A stretch of 64,000 nt of DNA from positions 31,584-95,583 of the forward strand of contig JBGVNN010000041.1 in the NCBI GenBank assembly GCA_045125595.1. The letters are read 5' to 3'. This DNA is from Candidatus Egerieisoma sp. Its GTDB lineage: Bacteria; Bacillota; Clostridia; UBA1212; UBA1255. The first letter of the stretch is position 1; every line of letters starts with the position of its first letter. Below, one piece after another: positions 49,557 to 58,969 of the stretch. The position numbers and the translations under genes are program-made. A model generated the notes under the pieces. It saw only the letters and a list, made by a program, of their open reading frames with translations, did not search any database and was not told where the DNA came from.

Positions 49557-51740
49557 ATGGATTCTAAAAATATCAGAATGGCACTGATAGGTAATCCTAA
49601 CAGCGGTAAAACCACATTTTTTAATCACATGACAGGCAGTAACCAGTATGTAGGTAACTGGCCCGGAGTAACGGTTGAAAAAAAAGAAGGTAAAGTTAAA
49701 CAGGGAGAAAAGTACGGTCGCAATATTACATTGGTCGACCTTCCCGGTATATACTCTTTGTCGCCGTATTCGATGGAAGAAATAGTTGCCAGAGATTATT
49801 TGACAAAAGAGAAACCTGATGTGGTAATTAATATTGTTGACGCAACAAATATTGAACGAAATCTCTATTTAAGTATTCAGCTTATAGAGATGGAGAGACC
49901 GGTCGTTATTGCTCTTAACATGATGGACGAGGTTTCGGCAAAGGGAGATACAATTGATGTTAAGCTGTTGTCAGAGTTTTTAAATATACCTGTTGTGCCT
50001 GTTACTGCAAAAACAGGAGAAGGAACAGACGAGGTTATTAAAGAAGCCATCAAACAAGCGCAAAAAGGTTTCGTAATGGAGCCCGATGACCTTTATGACG
50101 ACTTTACTCACCAAATACATCACAAAATAGATAATGTTGTACATTCGTATGCAAAGAAAGAAGCTCTTCCCACACATTGGGTATCAATAAAAATGCTCGA
50201 AGGTGATGAGCTTCTTAAAAAGAACATAAACATATCACAAGAAGATCTTCAAAAAATAGAAGCTATTGCCGTAGAGTATGAAGGTGACAACGAAAAAGGC
50301 GACCGTGAAAGTATGGTCATTGACAGTAGGTACCAATATATAGAAAAAGCAGTTAAGGCGTCAGTAAAAAAATCAAATAAGAAAAAGAAAACTTTAACGC
50401 AAAGAATCGACGATGTTGTAACTAATAAATATTTGGCATTGCCTATTTTTGTTCTTGTGATGTTTACCGTATTTTCTCTAACATTCTCAACCTTGGGAGC
50501 ATTTCTTCAAGATGGAGTGTCTTATCTCGTAGACGATGTATTCACGGGATTTGTTGAGAATTTACTTGCGTCGGCAAATGCACCAATGTGGGTAGAAAGT
50601 CTGGTCACAGACGGCGTAATAGCCGGTGTAGGCGGTGTACTTACATTTTTACCGCAGATTGCCATACTTTTTCTTTTGCTTTCTTTACTTGAAGACAGCG
50701 GATATATGGCAAGAATTGCATTCATAATGGATAGATTGCTCAGTAAGTTTGGGCTCTCAGGCAAAGCGTTTATTCCTATGCTGATGGGGTTCGGATGCTC
50801 TGTGCCGGCAATTATGGCAGCAAGAACAATGGAAAATATGAAAAACAGACGAATGACAATAATGCTTGTACCATTTATGTCATGTTCTGCCAAATTACCG
50901 ATTTATGGATTTATTTCACAAATTTTCTTCCCGAAATACAGGGGTTTGGTTGTGTTGAGTCTATATCTTTTGGGTATTGTTTTCGGTATTATTTCAGCTG
51001 TTCTTTTCAAAAAAACGCTTTTTAAAGGACAGGAAACACCGTTTTTGCTTGAACTTCCTCCGTACAGATTACCCGGACTCAAAAGCACAGTAATGCATGT
51101 ATGGGACAAAGTTGAACATTTTGTAAAAAAAGCCGCTACACTTATTTTCGGCATGAGCGTCCTTTTGTGGGTTTTGCAAAGTTTTGATTTTACATTTCAT
51201 TTTACACAAAACAGCGAAGAAAGCATGTTAGGAATAATAGGAAGCTTTATTGCACCTGTATTTAAACCCGCAGGTTTCGGTACTTGGCAAGCTGCAGTAT
51301 CACTTTTGACGGGACTAGTGGCAAAAGAAGCCGTTGTATCTTCAATGTGTCTCTTTTACGGAATATCTGCCACAGCCGGTACTGAAGCGACTGCCATACT
51401 TTCCGGCACATTCGGAATGCCCGTCGCAGCGTATGCATTTTTGGTCTTTACTTTGCTGTATGTGCCATGCATAGCAGCTTTTTCAACAATGAAAAAAGAA
51501 ATGGGCGGATGGCGTTGGGCTATCGGCAGCGCCATTTATCAAATCGCTATTGCATATATTCTGGCGGTGATGGTTTATCAAACGGGTAAATATTTCGCAT
51601 ATGTATTAGCAGGATTAATCGTTTTGTGGGCAATTTATTGTATTATTAAGTATATCATAAAAAGAACATCAGCGAACTGCGATGGCTGCGGTGCGTGTGA
51701 TAAATCTCGTTGCAAAGAATGTAACAGGAGTAAAAAATAA
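49557..51740 (+). CDS. feoB: Ferrous iron transporter FeoB
   Basis: N-terminal GTPase (ALIGNPNSGKTT), polytopic membrane domain, Cys-rich C-terminus (CDGCGACDKSRCKEC). No adjacent feoA. Confidence 0.9.
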   Translation: MDSKNIRMALIGNPNSGKTTFFNHMTGSNQYVGNWPGVTVEKKEGKVKQGEKYGRNITLVDLPGIYSLSPYSMEEIVARDYLTKEKPDVVINIVDATNIERNLYLSIQLIEMERPVVIALNMMDEVSAKGDTIDVKLLSEFLNIPVVPVTAKTGEGTDEVIKEAIKQAQKGFVMEPDDLYDDFTHQIHHKIDNVVHSYAKKEALPTHWVSIKMLEGDELLKKNINISQEDLQKIEAIAVEYEGDNEKGDRESMVIDSRYQYIEKAVKASVKKSNKKKKTLTQRIDDVVTNKYLALPIFVLVMFTVFSLTFSTLGAFLQDGVSYLVDDVFTGFVENLLASANAPMWVESLVTDGVIAGVGGVLTFLPQIAILFLLLSLLEDSGYMARIAFIMDRLLSKFGLSGKAFIPMLMGFGCSVPAIMAARTMENMKNRRMTIMLVPFMSCSAKLPIYGFISQIFFPKYRGLVVLSLYLLGIVFGIISAVLFKKTLFKGQETPFLLELPPYRLPGLKSTVMHVWDKVEHFVKKAATLIFGMSVLLWVLQSFDFTFHFTQNSEESMLGIIGSFIAPVFKPAGFGTWQAAVSLLTGLVAKEAVVSSMCLFYGISATAGTEATAILSGTFGMPVAAYAFLVFTLLYVPCIAAFSTMKKEMGGWRWAIGSAIYQIAIAYILAVMVYQTGKYFAYVLAGLIVLWAIYCIIKYIIKRTSANCDGCGACDKSRCKECNRSKK

Positions 51741-51742
51741 GA

Positions 51743-53983
51743 ATGAACATATACAGAAATACTTTTTCAAAAGAAACAGACGCAGATGCACCAAGAGGAG
51801 TAGCCCTCGGAAATTTCGACGGCATTCATATTGGGCATGCCGCATTAATACGCACTTTGGTATCTGAATGCAGAAAAAGGGACTTTCTTTCATGTGTGTA
51901 TACATTTGAAAATCATCCAAATAAAGTGCTTTTTAAAGATAAACATACACCTCTTATAATGACAGAGAGCCAAAAAGCTAAAATTATAGAAGGAATGGGT
52001 GTGGAGGAGCTTTTTTTGGAGCATTTTGATGAAAATTATGCTGCCACTACGCCGGAAATGTTTATAGACAATATTTTAATAGAAAAATTAAATGTTAAGC
52101 TTGTTGTTGTGGGATATGACTATACATATGGTAAAGAAGGCAAAGGTAAGGTTGAAATGTTGAAGCAAAAAGGCGAAGAACTTGGCTTTGATGTTATTGT
52201 GATACCTCAAATAAAAAGATTTTTGCCGGATTTAAACAGAGAAGTTACAGTCTCGAGTACTGTATTAAGAGACTTGATAACACATGGAAACATGAATGAT
52301 TACAGAGAACTTACCGGTCGTAATTATTCTATTCCCGGCAATGTATCAAAAGGCAGAAAAGTGGGTAAAAAATTAGGCTTTCCTACAGCAAATATTATAC
52401 CTAAAGAAGGTTTTGCGTTGCCTGAATTTGGTGTATATGCCACAATTACACACACTAATAAAGGAACATACAGAAGTATAACAAATATCGGAAATAATCC
52501 TACATTTACTGATATAAAAACTGTTACGGTTGAGACTCATATTATTGGTTTTAAAGACGAACTTTACGGGCAAGATATAGAAGTGGAATTTATCGAAAAA
52601 ATGCGTGGCGAGATCAGCTTTTCGTCTGTAGAAGAATTAAAAGCGCAAATTGACAGTGATCTCAGAAAGAGGAAAGATATGTGTGAAGGCATACAAAAGG
52701 TATATGAGAGAAACGGTGTGGAAATTTTTTATGTACCGACTGATTTGTTTAAAACTTCTATTATCAAGATAATGATTTGTGACAATCTTTCGAGAGAAAG
52801 TGCGTATAAAAACGGACTTTTGCCGGAAATTTTGTCATATGCCACAAAGAATTATCCTACAAAAAAAGAAATGACATTAAAGATGATGGATTTGTATGGT
52901 GCTTATGTTTTCGGCAGAGCTTCATCTACATCAGAAGTTCAATTTTGTGAATTTCGTGCAGAATACACAGACAGTAAATATTTACCTGATGCTCAAAATA
53001 TTGAAAATGATATAATAGATTTTATGTTTGAAATAATCTTCAATCCTTTAATTGAAAATTATGATGGCAAAGAAGGTTTTTCAAATGATATTTTCTTAAG
53101 AGAGCGTGAAAATCGAAATGTTGAGATAAGCTCTATAATAAACGACAAGTATTCATATGCCAAATTCAGATTTAAAGAGGCAATGTTTAAAAACGAGCCG
53201 TATTCAATTAGAAGTATAGGAAATGAAGGAGACGGGGACAACCTTACTTCGGTGTCTCTTTATGAGTATTATAAAAATATTTTCTTGCAAAAACTTCCTG
53301 TAAAAATTGTATACAGCGGTAGAGAATATCCTCAAAAGCTTACGGAATGTGTTGAAAAATATTTCAAAGATACTCAAAGAATACAACTTAACAAAGCATA
53401 TATAGAGCGTACGGAAATAAAGCCTGAAGAAGTAAATAACGAAGAAGAACCGCAAACGGCTAATCAAAGTATTCTTTATATGGGATACAGGACAAATACG
53501 CATCCTCTTTCGGAGGAATATTATGCTTCACTTGTTTGCGCGGCTATTCTCGGTCAAGTTGATAATGCGAAGTTGTTTGTTAATATAAGAGAAAAAAACA
53601 GTCTTGCCTATACAGCAAACGCTGCCAATGATAGAGCAAAAGGTGTATTGTTTGTATATTGCGGTATAGATGCATCAAACAAAGAAAGAGTTATTGGACT
53701 TGTAAATGAACAAGTTGAGGCAATGAAAAACGGAGATTTTACTCAAGAAGAATTTGATGCAGCGATAAAAATGCTTTGCGATGATTTGTATTCGTATGTT
53801 GACAATCAAGAACAGATGATGTCATATTATTTTAATCAGCATATAATGGGCAAAATGACAGACACACTTGAATATATAGAAAGAATAAAAGCTGTAAAAA
53901 GAGAAAATGTTATTGATGCAGCTCAAAAGCTTCGACTTGACACAATATACTTCTTAAAAGGGGAGGAAGAGTGTGATGAATAA
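51743..53983 (+). CDS. ribF: Fusion protein: bifunctional riboflavin kinase/FMN adenylyltransferase (RibF, aa 1-~305) plus non-catalytic M16 peptidase-like subunit (aa ~305-746)
   Basis: The N-terminus has FAD synthetase motifs (ALGNFDGIHIGH, GFPTANI). This is followed without a stop by an M16 fold lacking HxxEH (NGVEIFYVPTD...). Confidence 0.7.
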   Translation: MNIYRNTFSKETDADAPRGVALGNFDGIHIGHAALIRTLVSECRKRDFLSCVYTFENHPNKVLFKDKHTPLIMTESQKAKIIEGMGVEELFLEHFDENYAATTPEMFIDNILIEKLNVKLVVVGYDYTYGKEGKGKVEMLKQKGEELGFDVIVIPQIKRFLPDLNREVTVSSTVLRDLITHGNMNDYRELTGRNYSIPGNVSKGRKVGKKLGFPTANIIPKEGFALPEFGVYATITHTNKGTYRSITNIGNNPTFTDIKTVTVETHIIGFKDELYGQDIEVEFIEKMRGEISFSSVEELKAQIDSDLRKRKDMCEGIQKVYERNGVEIFYVPTDLFKTSIIKIMICDNLSRESAYKNGLLPEILSYATKNYPTKKEMTLKMMDLYGAYVFGRASSTSEVQFCEFRAEYTDSKYLPDAQNIENDIIDFMFEIIFNPLIENYDGKEGFSNDIFLRERENRNVEISSIINDKYSYAKFRFKEAMFKNEPYSIRSIGNEGDGDNLTSVSLYEYYKNIFLQKLPVKIVYSGREYPQKLTECVEKYFKDTQRIQLNKAYIERTEIKPEEVNNEEEPQTANQSILYMGYRTNTHPLSEEYYASLVCAAILGQVDNAKLFVNIREKNSLAYTANAANDRAKGVLFVYCGIDASNKERVIGLVNEQVEAMKNGDFTQEEFDAAIKMLCDDLYSYVDNQEQMMSYYFNQHIMGKMTDTLEYIERIKAVKRENVIDAAQKLRLDTIYFLKGEEECDE

Positions 53984-55238
53984 ATTTTTCGGAGATACTG
54001 TATATGAATTTGAGCATGAGTCCGGTATGCATGTTCAGCTTATTAATAAAAAAGGTTTTAGAAGAAAATATGCTGCTATTTCAATAGATTTCGGCTCTGT
54101 TGATTCAGAATATATGCATAATGGTGAGCACATTATTGTTCCTGACGGTACGGCTCATTTTCTCGAACATAAAATGTTTGAAAAACCCGAGGGGAATATC
54201 TTTAAAAGATTTGCAACTTTTGGGGCTCAAAGCAACGCCTTTACATCACGCTCAATGACAAGTTATTTTTTTGATTGTTCAAATAATTTTGATGAGAATT
54301 TTGATGTGTTATTTGATTTGGTTTTTAAACCATATTTTACTACTGAAAATGTAGAAAAAGAAAAAGGAATTATTATACAAGAAATCAATATGTGTATTGA
54401 TGATCCGTATCATATTAATTACTTGGAGCTGTTGAAACTTTTATATAAAGTATCTCCGGCTAAAAAAGATATTGCCGGCACAGAAGAATCTGTAATGAGT
54501 ATTACTCCTGAAATATTATACAAATGTTATAATACTTTTTACAGACCTGATAATATGTGTCTTACGGTAGTAGGAGATATTGATGTCGAAACAGTTAAAA
54601 GTGCATTGCAAAGAGCAAATCTTCCTAAACGTGATGACAGCCTTGTTATTAAAATAAAAAAGGATGAGCCGAGCGAACTTGCGGGTTTGAGAAGTCTGTG
54701 CAAAATGGACACTTCTGTGCCGTTGTTTGTTTTTGGATTTAAAGATGCAGCGCAAAAATATACCGGTACAGAAAGACTTAAGAGAAAGGTTGCCGGAGAA
54801 ATAACAGCTGATTTATTATTTTCTACTACCTCGGACTTATATGACGATTTGTACCGTTCGGGAGATATTTATTATTTTTATGCAGGATATACTCTTGAAC
54901 GAGATTTTGGGCAATTCTCTATAATGGGTGAATCAGACAGAGTAGAAACAGTTGCAGAAAAAGTTAAAAAACATATTTCAAAAATAGCATCTGAAGGTAT
55001 AGATAAAGACATATTTGAAAGATACAAGAAGGCTATTTATGGTATGCAGATTAGGACTTTTGATAGACCTTCAACGCTTATGCACAATTTTGGCAAATTC
55101 TATTTACAAGGTGTAGATTTGTTTGATTATTTAGATATCTGTGGTAAAATTACCGAGAAAGATGTTAATGATTTTATAAAAGATTTACTGTGTAAGGAGA
55201 TGGCAGTCTCCATAGTCGAACCGAAAGGTGGTAATTAA
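53973..55238 (+). CDS. M16-family zinc peptidase (pitrilysin family, active subunit)
   Basis: Inverted zinc motif HFLEH (GTAHFLEHKMFE). 421 aa. Overlaps the preceding gene by 11 nt. Confidence 0.8.
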   Translation: MMNKFFGDTVYEFEHESGMHVQLINKKGFRRKYAAISIDFGSVDSEYMHNGEHIIVPDGTAHFLEHKMFEKPEGNIFKRFATFGAQSNAFTSRSMTSYFFDCSNNFDENFDVLFDLVFKPYFTTENVEKEKGIIIQEINMCIDDPYHINYLELLKLLYKVSPAKKDIAGTEESVMSITPEILYKCYNTFYRPDNMCLTVVGDIDVETVKSALQRANLPKRDDSLVIKIKKDEPSELAGLRSLCKMDTSVPLFVFGFKDAAQKYTGTERLKRKVAGEITADLLFSTTSDLYDDLYRSGDIYYFYAGYTLERDFGQFSIMGESDRVETVAEKVKKHISKIASEGIDKDIFERYKKAIYGMQIRTFDRPSTLMHNFGKFYLQGVDLFDYLDICGKITEKDVNDFIKDLLCKEMAVSIVEPKGGN

Positions 55239-55241
55239 TAT

Positions 55242-56282
55242 ATGAATTCAGTATTATGTAGTATAGCAACCATGGCAAATGGTTGGGTTGAGTTTCCGAA
55301 GCTTTTCGGAGATAAAGGACTACGCATTCCGATAAATGACATAGCTTTTAAAATAGGCAGTTTTGAAGTCAGATGGTACGGCTTGATTATTTGTCTTGCT
55401 GTGGTTTTGTGCATAGTACTTGGTTTGAAATCTTGTAATAAGCACGGTATGACTCAAGACGATATGCTTGATTATGTTTTGTTTGCTATACCGTCAGCTA
55501 TGGTGGGCGCAAGATTATATTATGTAATTTTTGAATGGCAAAATTATGCAGATGATCCGATTAAAGCACTTTATGTTTGGGAAGGCGGTTTGGCTGTATA
55601 CGGAGGAGTTATAGCAGCTTTGATTGCTCTTCTTTGCGTTGCAAAGTACAAAAAACACTCATTTATACGCATTGCCGGTTTTGCCATGCCTTACATAATT
55701 TTAGGTCAGGCGATAGGCAGATGGGGAAATTTCTTTAATCAAGAAGCATTCGGCCGTTATACTGACTTGCCTTGGGGTATGACAGGAGATCAAATTTCCG
55801 AATGGGTTAACACGCAAGTTGCCAATGAAGTGCCCGGCTACGCAGTCGGAACGCTGGTGCATCCTACATTTTTGTATGAATCACTTTGGTGTTTTGCCGC
55901 ATTCGCATTTATGATGGTATATCGTAAAAAATGGGAAAAACATGAGGGCGAGAGTTTGTGTCTTTATATGATTCTTTACGGTATTGAAAGAACACTCGTT
56001 GAAGGTTTAAGAACAGACAGCCTTTATATAGGAAATACAAATGTCAGAGTTTCACAACTTTTGTCGGCAGTTTTGGTAATAGCAGGCATTGCGTTATTTA
56101 TAGATTTAAAACGCAGACAAAAGCAAGCTGCGTACGAAACTTCTACACAAGAAGACGGAGAAGAAATTTCCGGAGGACTTGAAAGTGTAGTAGAAAAAAT
56201 GCAACTTGAAGAAGCAGAAGAAAGAAAAGCAAGAGAAGAAATAAAAGAAAGCGAAGAACAAGAGGAAAATGAAGCTCAATAA
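55242..56282 (+). CDS. lgt: Prolipoprotein diacylglyceryl transferase with Glu/Lys-rich C-terminal extension
   Basis: Lgt signature region (AIGRWGNFFNQEAFG). Multiple TMs. Charged C-terminal tail. Confidence 0.85.
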   Translation: MNSVLCSIATMANGWVEFPKLFGDKGLRIPINDIAFKIGSFEVRWYGLIICLAVVLCIVLGLKSCNKHGMTQDDMLDYVLFAIPSAMVGARLYYVIFEWQNYADDPIKALYVWEGGLAVYGGVIAALIALLCVAKYKKHSFIRIAGFAMPYIILGQAIGRWGNFFNQEAFGRYTDLPWGMTGDQISEWVNTQVANEVPGYAVGTLVHPTFLYESLWCFAAFAFMMVYRKKWEKHEGESLCLYMILYGIERTLVEGLRTDSLYIGNTNVRVSQLLSAVLVIAGIALFIDLKRRQKQAAYETSTQEDGEEISGGLESVVEKMQLEEAEERKAREEIKESEEQEENEAQ

Positions 56283-57456
56283 CGGTTTGAGGACCGGTGG
56301 CCTTTACGGGAAGCGCCCGTATATGATGCAAATCGAGGAAAACGGCAAACTCGACTATATATCGAAATTTGATTACTTTCTCATGGGAACTGTACTGCTG
56401 ATTTCCGTGATTGGTCTTGTATTCCTTGAAGGAGCTATGTCAAATATGTACCTTGACGGCGGCAAGAGTGCTATGCTTATACAAATTGTAGGACTCGTTG
56501 CAGGTGTTGTCATCGCCGTGGCTTTTTCATTTGCTGATTATTATTTGTTCAGAGTTTTCAGTTGGCCTTTTTATGCCTTTAATGTTCTTATGATGTTTAG
56601 TGTTTTCACGCCACTCGGTATTGAACAATATGGCAGCCGTGCTTGGATAAACTTGGGAGTGACTACTTATCAGCCGTCAGAGCTTATGAAACTTGCTATG
56701 GTACTTGTTATAGCCCAACAGACCGAATACATTGAAAAAGAAGGTGGCTTAACCTTTAAAAGAGGCGCGGTAATATTAGGAGCGTTTTTATTTCCGTTAG
56801 GATTGGTATTTTTGCAAAAAGACATTGGTCAATCCATGGTATTCATATTTGTCTTTTTAATAACAATTTTTGTAGGCGGTTTAAGTAAAAAATATATTTT
56901 TTCAATAATTGGTGTGGGCGCTTTGGCTGTGCCTTTTGTGTGGAAATTTTTTATGAACGATGCCAGACGAGGCAGATTGCTTTCATTTGTGGATCCTGAT
57001 AAATATCTTGATTATTCGTATCAGTTGAGAAGAACTATGATGGCTATCGGTTCCGGCAGATTGACAGGCGAGGGTATAGGCGAAGGCACTATGAATATGA
57101 GCAAAAAGATACCCGTTAAAATGTCCGACTCTATTTTTGCCGTTATAGGTGAAGAAGCAGGTTTCATAGGATGTGTGATTGTTGTAGTGCTCATGACAGT
57201 AATGTTAACACGAATGATTTATATATCATATAAAGCAAGGGAAACTTTTGGTAAATGTGTGGCGGCAGGTATTTTTGCCATGTTCGCATTTAATATAATA
57301 GAAAATATTGGCATGAATATCGGTATAATGCCTATTACCGGTTTACCGCTTCCTTTTATCAGCAAAGGCGGTAGCTCTATGATTACAAATTATATGGCAA
57401 TAGGTGTGCTTTTAAGTATTTCGATGAGGCGACAACGTGGATTTTTCTCGGATTAA
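56269..57456 (+). CDS. SEDS-family peptidoglycan polymerase (FtsW/RodA/SpoVE family)
   Basis: About 10 TMs and a SEDS consensus in the C-terminal half (MPITGLPLPFISKGGSSM). Overlaps the lgt stop. The true start may be the internal MMQIEE. Confidence 0.8.
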   Translation: MKLNNGLRTGGLYGKRPYMMQIEENGKLDYISKFDYFLMGTVLLISVIGLVFLEGAMSNMYLDGGKSAMLIQIVGLVAGVVIAVAFSFADYYLFRVFSWPFYAFNVLMMFSVFTPLGIEQYGSRAWINLGVTTYQPSELMKLAMVLVIAQQTEYIEKEGGLTFKRGAVILGAFLFPLGLVFLQKDIGQSMVFIFVFLITIFVGGLSKKYIFSIIGVGALAVPFVWKFFMNDARRGRLLSFVDPDKYLDYSYQLRRTMMAIGSGRLTGEGIGEGTMNMSKKIPVKMSDSIFAVIGEEAGFIGCVIVVVLMTVMLTRMIYISYKARETFGKCVAAGIFAMFAFNIIENIGMNIGIMPITGLPLPFISKGGSSMITNYMAIGVLLSISMRRQRGFFSD

Positions 57457-58246
57457 AGTTAAAAATATAAAAAAATACTCATTTTTGACTTTAAAAGTGC
57501 TATGTGTTGCTTTTGCAGTTCTTTGCTTGATTTGCGGCATTGTTCCGCTCGTTTTCTTTGGGCACATTAATCCGGGTAATATATCACTTTTATTATACGG
57601 AATATTACTGCTGACACTGCTTTTTGTTAAATTACACAGATTTATAAAAAGAATTTTGGCAGGACTTCTTGCAGTTTGCTTTATTACAGGAGCTGTTGTA
57701 AGTGTATTTATGATAAAATATGCATTCTTTAATGCACCTGAAAATATTTCCGCAAACAGCGGCACCGTTGTTGTGTTAGGATGCAAAATAAATGGGCAAA
57801 GGCCATCGCTTACACTGGCCGGCAGACTTGATGCGGCGTGTGAATTTCTAAAAGAGAATAAAGACACTAAAGTGGTTGTTTCCGGCGGACAAGGCTGGGA
57901 CGAAGAAATTTCCGAAGCGTATGTAATGAAAAAATACCTTGTAGAAAGAGGTATTGACGAAGAGCGCATTTTTATGGAAGAAAAATCCGTGAACACGGAT
58001 GAAAATATAAAATTCTCGGGAGAGATAATAAAAGCAAATGGTTTGCCTGAGAAAATGTATATTGTAACAGATACTTTTCATTCATACAGAGGTTATCTGT
58101 TTGCCGAAAAGAACGGATATAAAGCTGAAAATATAAGTGCCGATATATATTGGCCGCTTTTCGGTGAGTATTGGGTAAGAGATATCTTGGGAGTGCTTCA
58201 TGTGAAGTTTACTCCAAATTGGGATTTAAACATACAAAATTCGTAA
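57437..58246 (+). CDS. DUF218 (ElyC/SanA/YdcF) family membrane protein
   Basis: N-terminal TM helices and a DUF218 core (VVVLGCKINGQRPS...VVVSGGQG). Overlaps the SEDS gene by 20 nt. Confidence 0.75.
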   Translation: MDFSRIKVKNIKKYSFLTLKVLCVAFAVLCLICGIVPLVFFGHINPGNISLLLYGILLLTLLFVKLHRFIKRILAGLLAVCFITGAVVSVFMIKYAFFNAPENISANSGTVVVLGCKINGQRPSLTLAGRLDAACEFLKENKDTKVVVSGGQGWDEEISEAYVMKKYLVERGIDEERIFMEEKSVNTDENIKFSGEIIKANGLPEKMYIVTDTFHSYRGYLFAEKNGYKAENISADIYWPLFGEYWVRDILGVLHVKFTPNWDLNIQNS

Positions 58247-58265
58247 ATAAAAATATATAAATTAA

Positions 58266-58294
58266 TTGACAAAAGTTTCGGGTGCGGGTATACT
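58266..58294 (+). promoter_or_regulatory. Sigma-A-type promoter of the RHH-protein-clpB operon
   Basis: TTGACA, 17-nt spacer, TATACT. RBS AAAGGAGG upstream of ATG 58322. Confidence 0.5.
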
Positions 58295-58321
58295 GAGGGC
58301 TGTAAAGGAGGCTATCTTAGT

Positions 58322-58969
58322 ATGCATAAAAGTTTATACAGTCTTATGTTGATGGATGATGTTATTAAAGCAATCGACAGATTAGCACTACAGCAAAGCA
58401 CAAACAGATCCAATTTAGTAAATCAAATTTTAGCAGAATATGTATCGATGACAACACCTGAGAAAAGAGTAAATAATATTTTTAAAAGTATTGAAGATTT
58501 AATTAATCAATGTGATATGAATATTATTCCTTATGTTTCTCCAAATCAAATGACAATGTCGCTCAAAAGCAGTCTGGAGTATAAATACAGACCCACGATT
58601 AAATATGAGGTATCTTTGTACAGGACTCCGGAGCAGGGTGCGATTGGAGAAATCAATGTAGTTTTCAGAACACAGTCTGCAGAGCTAATAAGAGCCATGA
58701 CTGAGTTTTTTAGGCTGTGGACAAGGTTAGAGTCAGCATATAGGCATGACGTCAAAATAAATTATGCGCTCTATGAAGGTAGGTTTACACGAAGTATTAA
58801 TATTTTACCACATAAGAATTATACTAATGAGGAAATAAGTAATAATATATCTTCTTATATACAGATTTTTGATAAATTGGTAAAAGGATATGTAAGTGGT
58901 GCTTATAGTCCCCGGGATTTGGAAATGACATATCTTGAATATTATAACAAAGGAGTTGGTTTGATATGA
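58322..58969 (+). CDS. Ribbon-helix-helix (CopG/Arc-like) DNA-binding protein with ~165-aa C-terminal domain of unknown function
   Basis: N-terminal beta-strand plus two helices (YSLMLMDDVIKAIDRLALQQSTNRSNLVNQILAEYV). Its TGA stop overlaps the clpB ATG (ATGA). Own sigma-A promoter and RBS AAAGGAGG. Confidence 0.65.
   Translation: MHKSLYSLMLMDDVIKAIDRLALQQSTNRSNLVNQILAEYVSMTTPEKRVNNIFKSIEDLINQCDMNIIPYVSPNQMTMSLKSSLEYKYRPTIKYEVSLYRTPEQGAIGEINVVFRTQSAELIRAMTEFFRLWTRLESAYRHDVKINYALYEGRFTRSINILPHKNYTNEEISNNISSYIQIFDKLVKGYVSGAYSPRDLEMTYLEYYNKGVGLI

Noticed and set aside
58200-58330. CtsR operator or CIRCE element upstream of the clpB operon.
   Set aside because: Neither a GGTCAAA direct repeat nor a TTAGCACTC-N9-GAGTGCTAA inverted repeat is present. 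Only a sigma-A promoter is seen.
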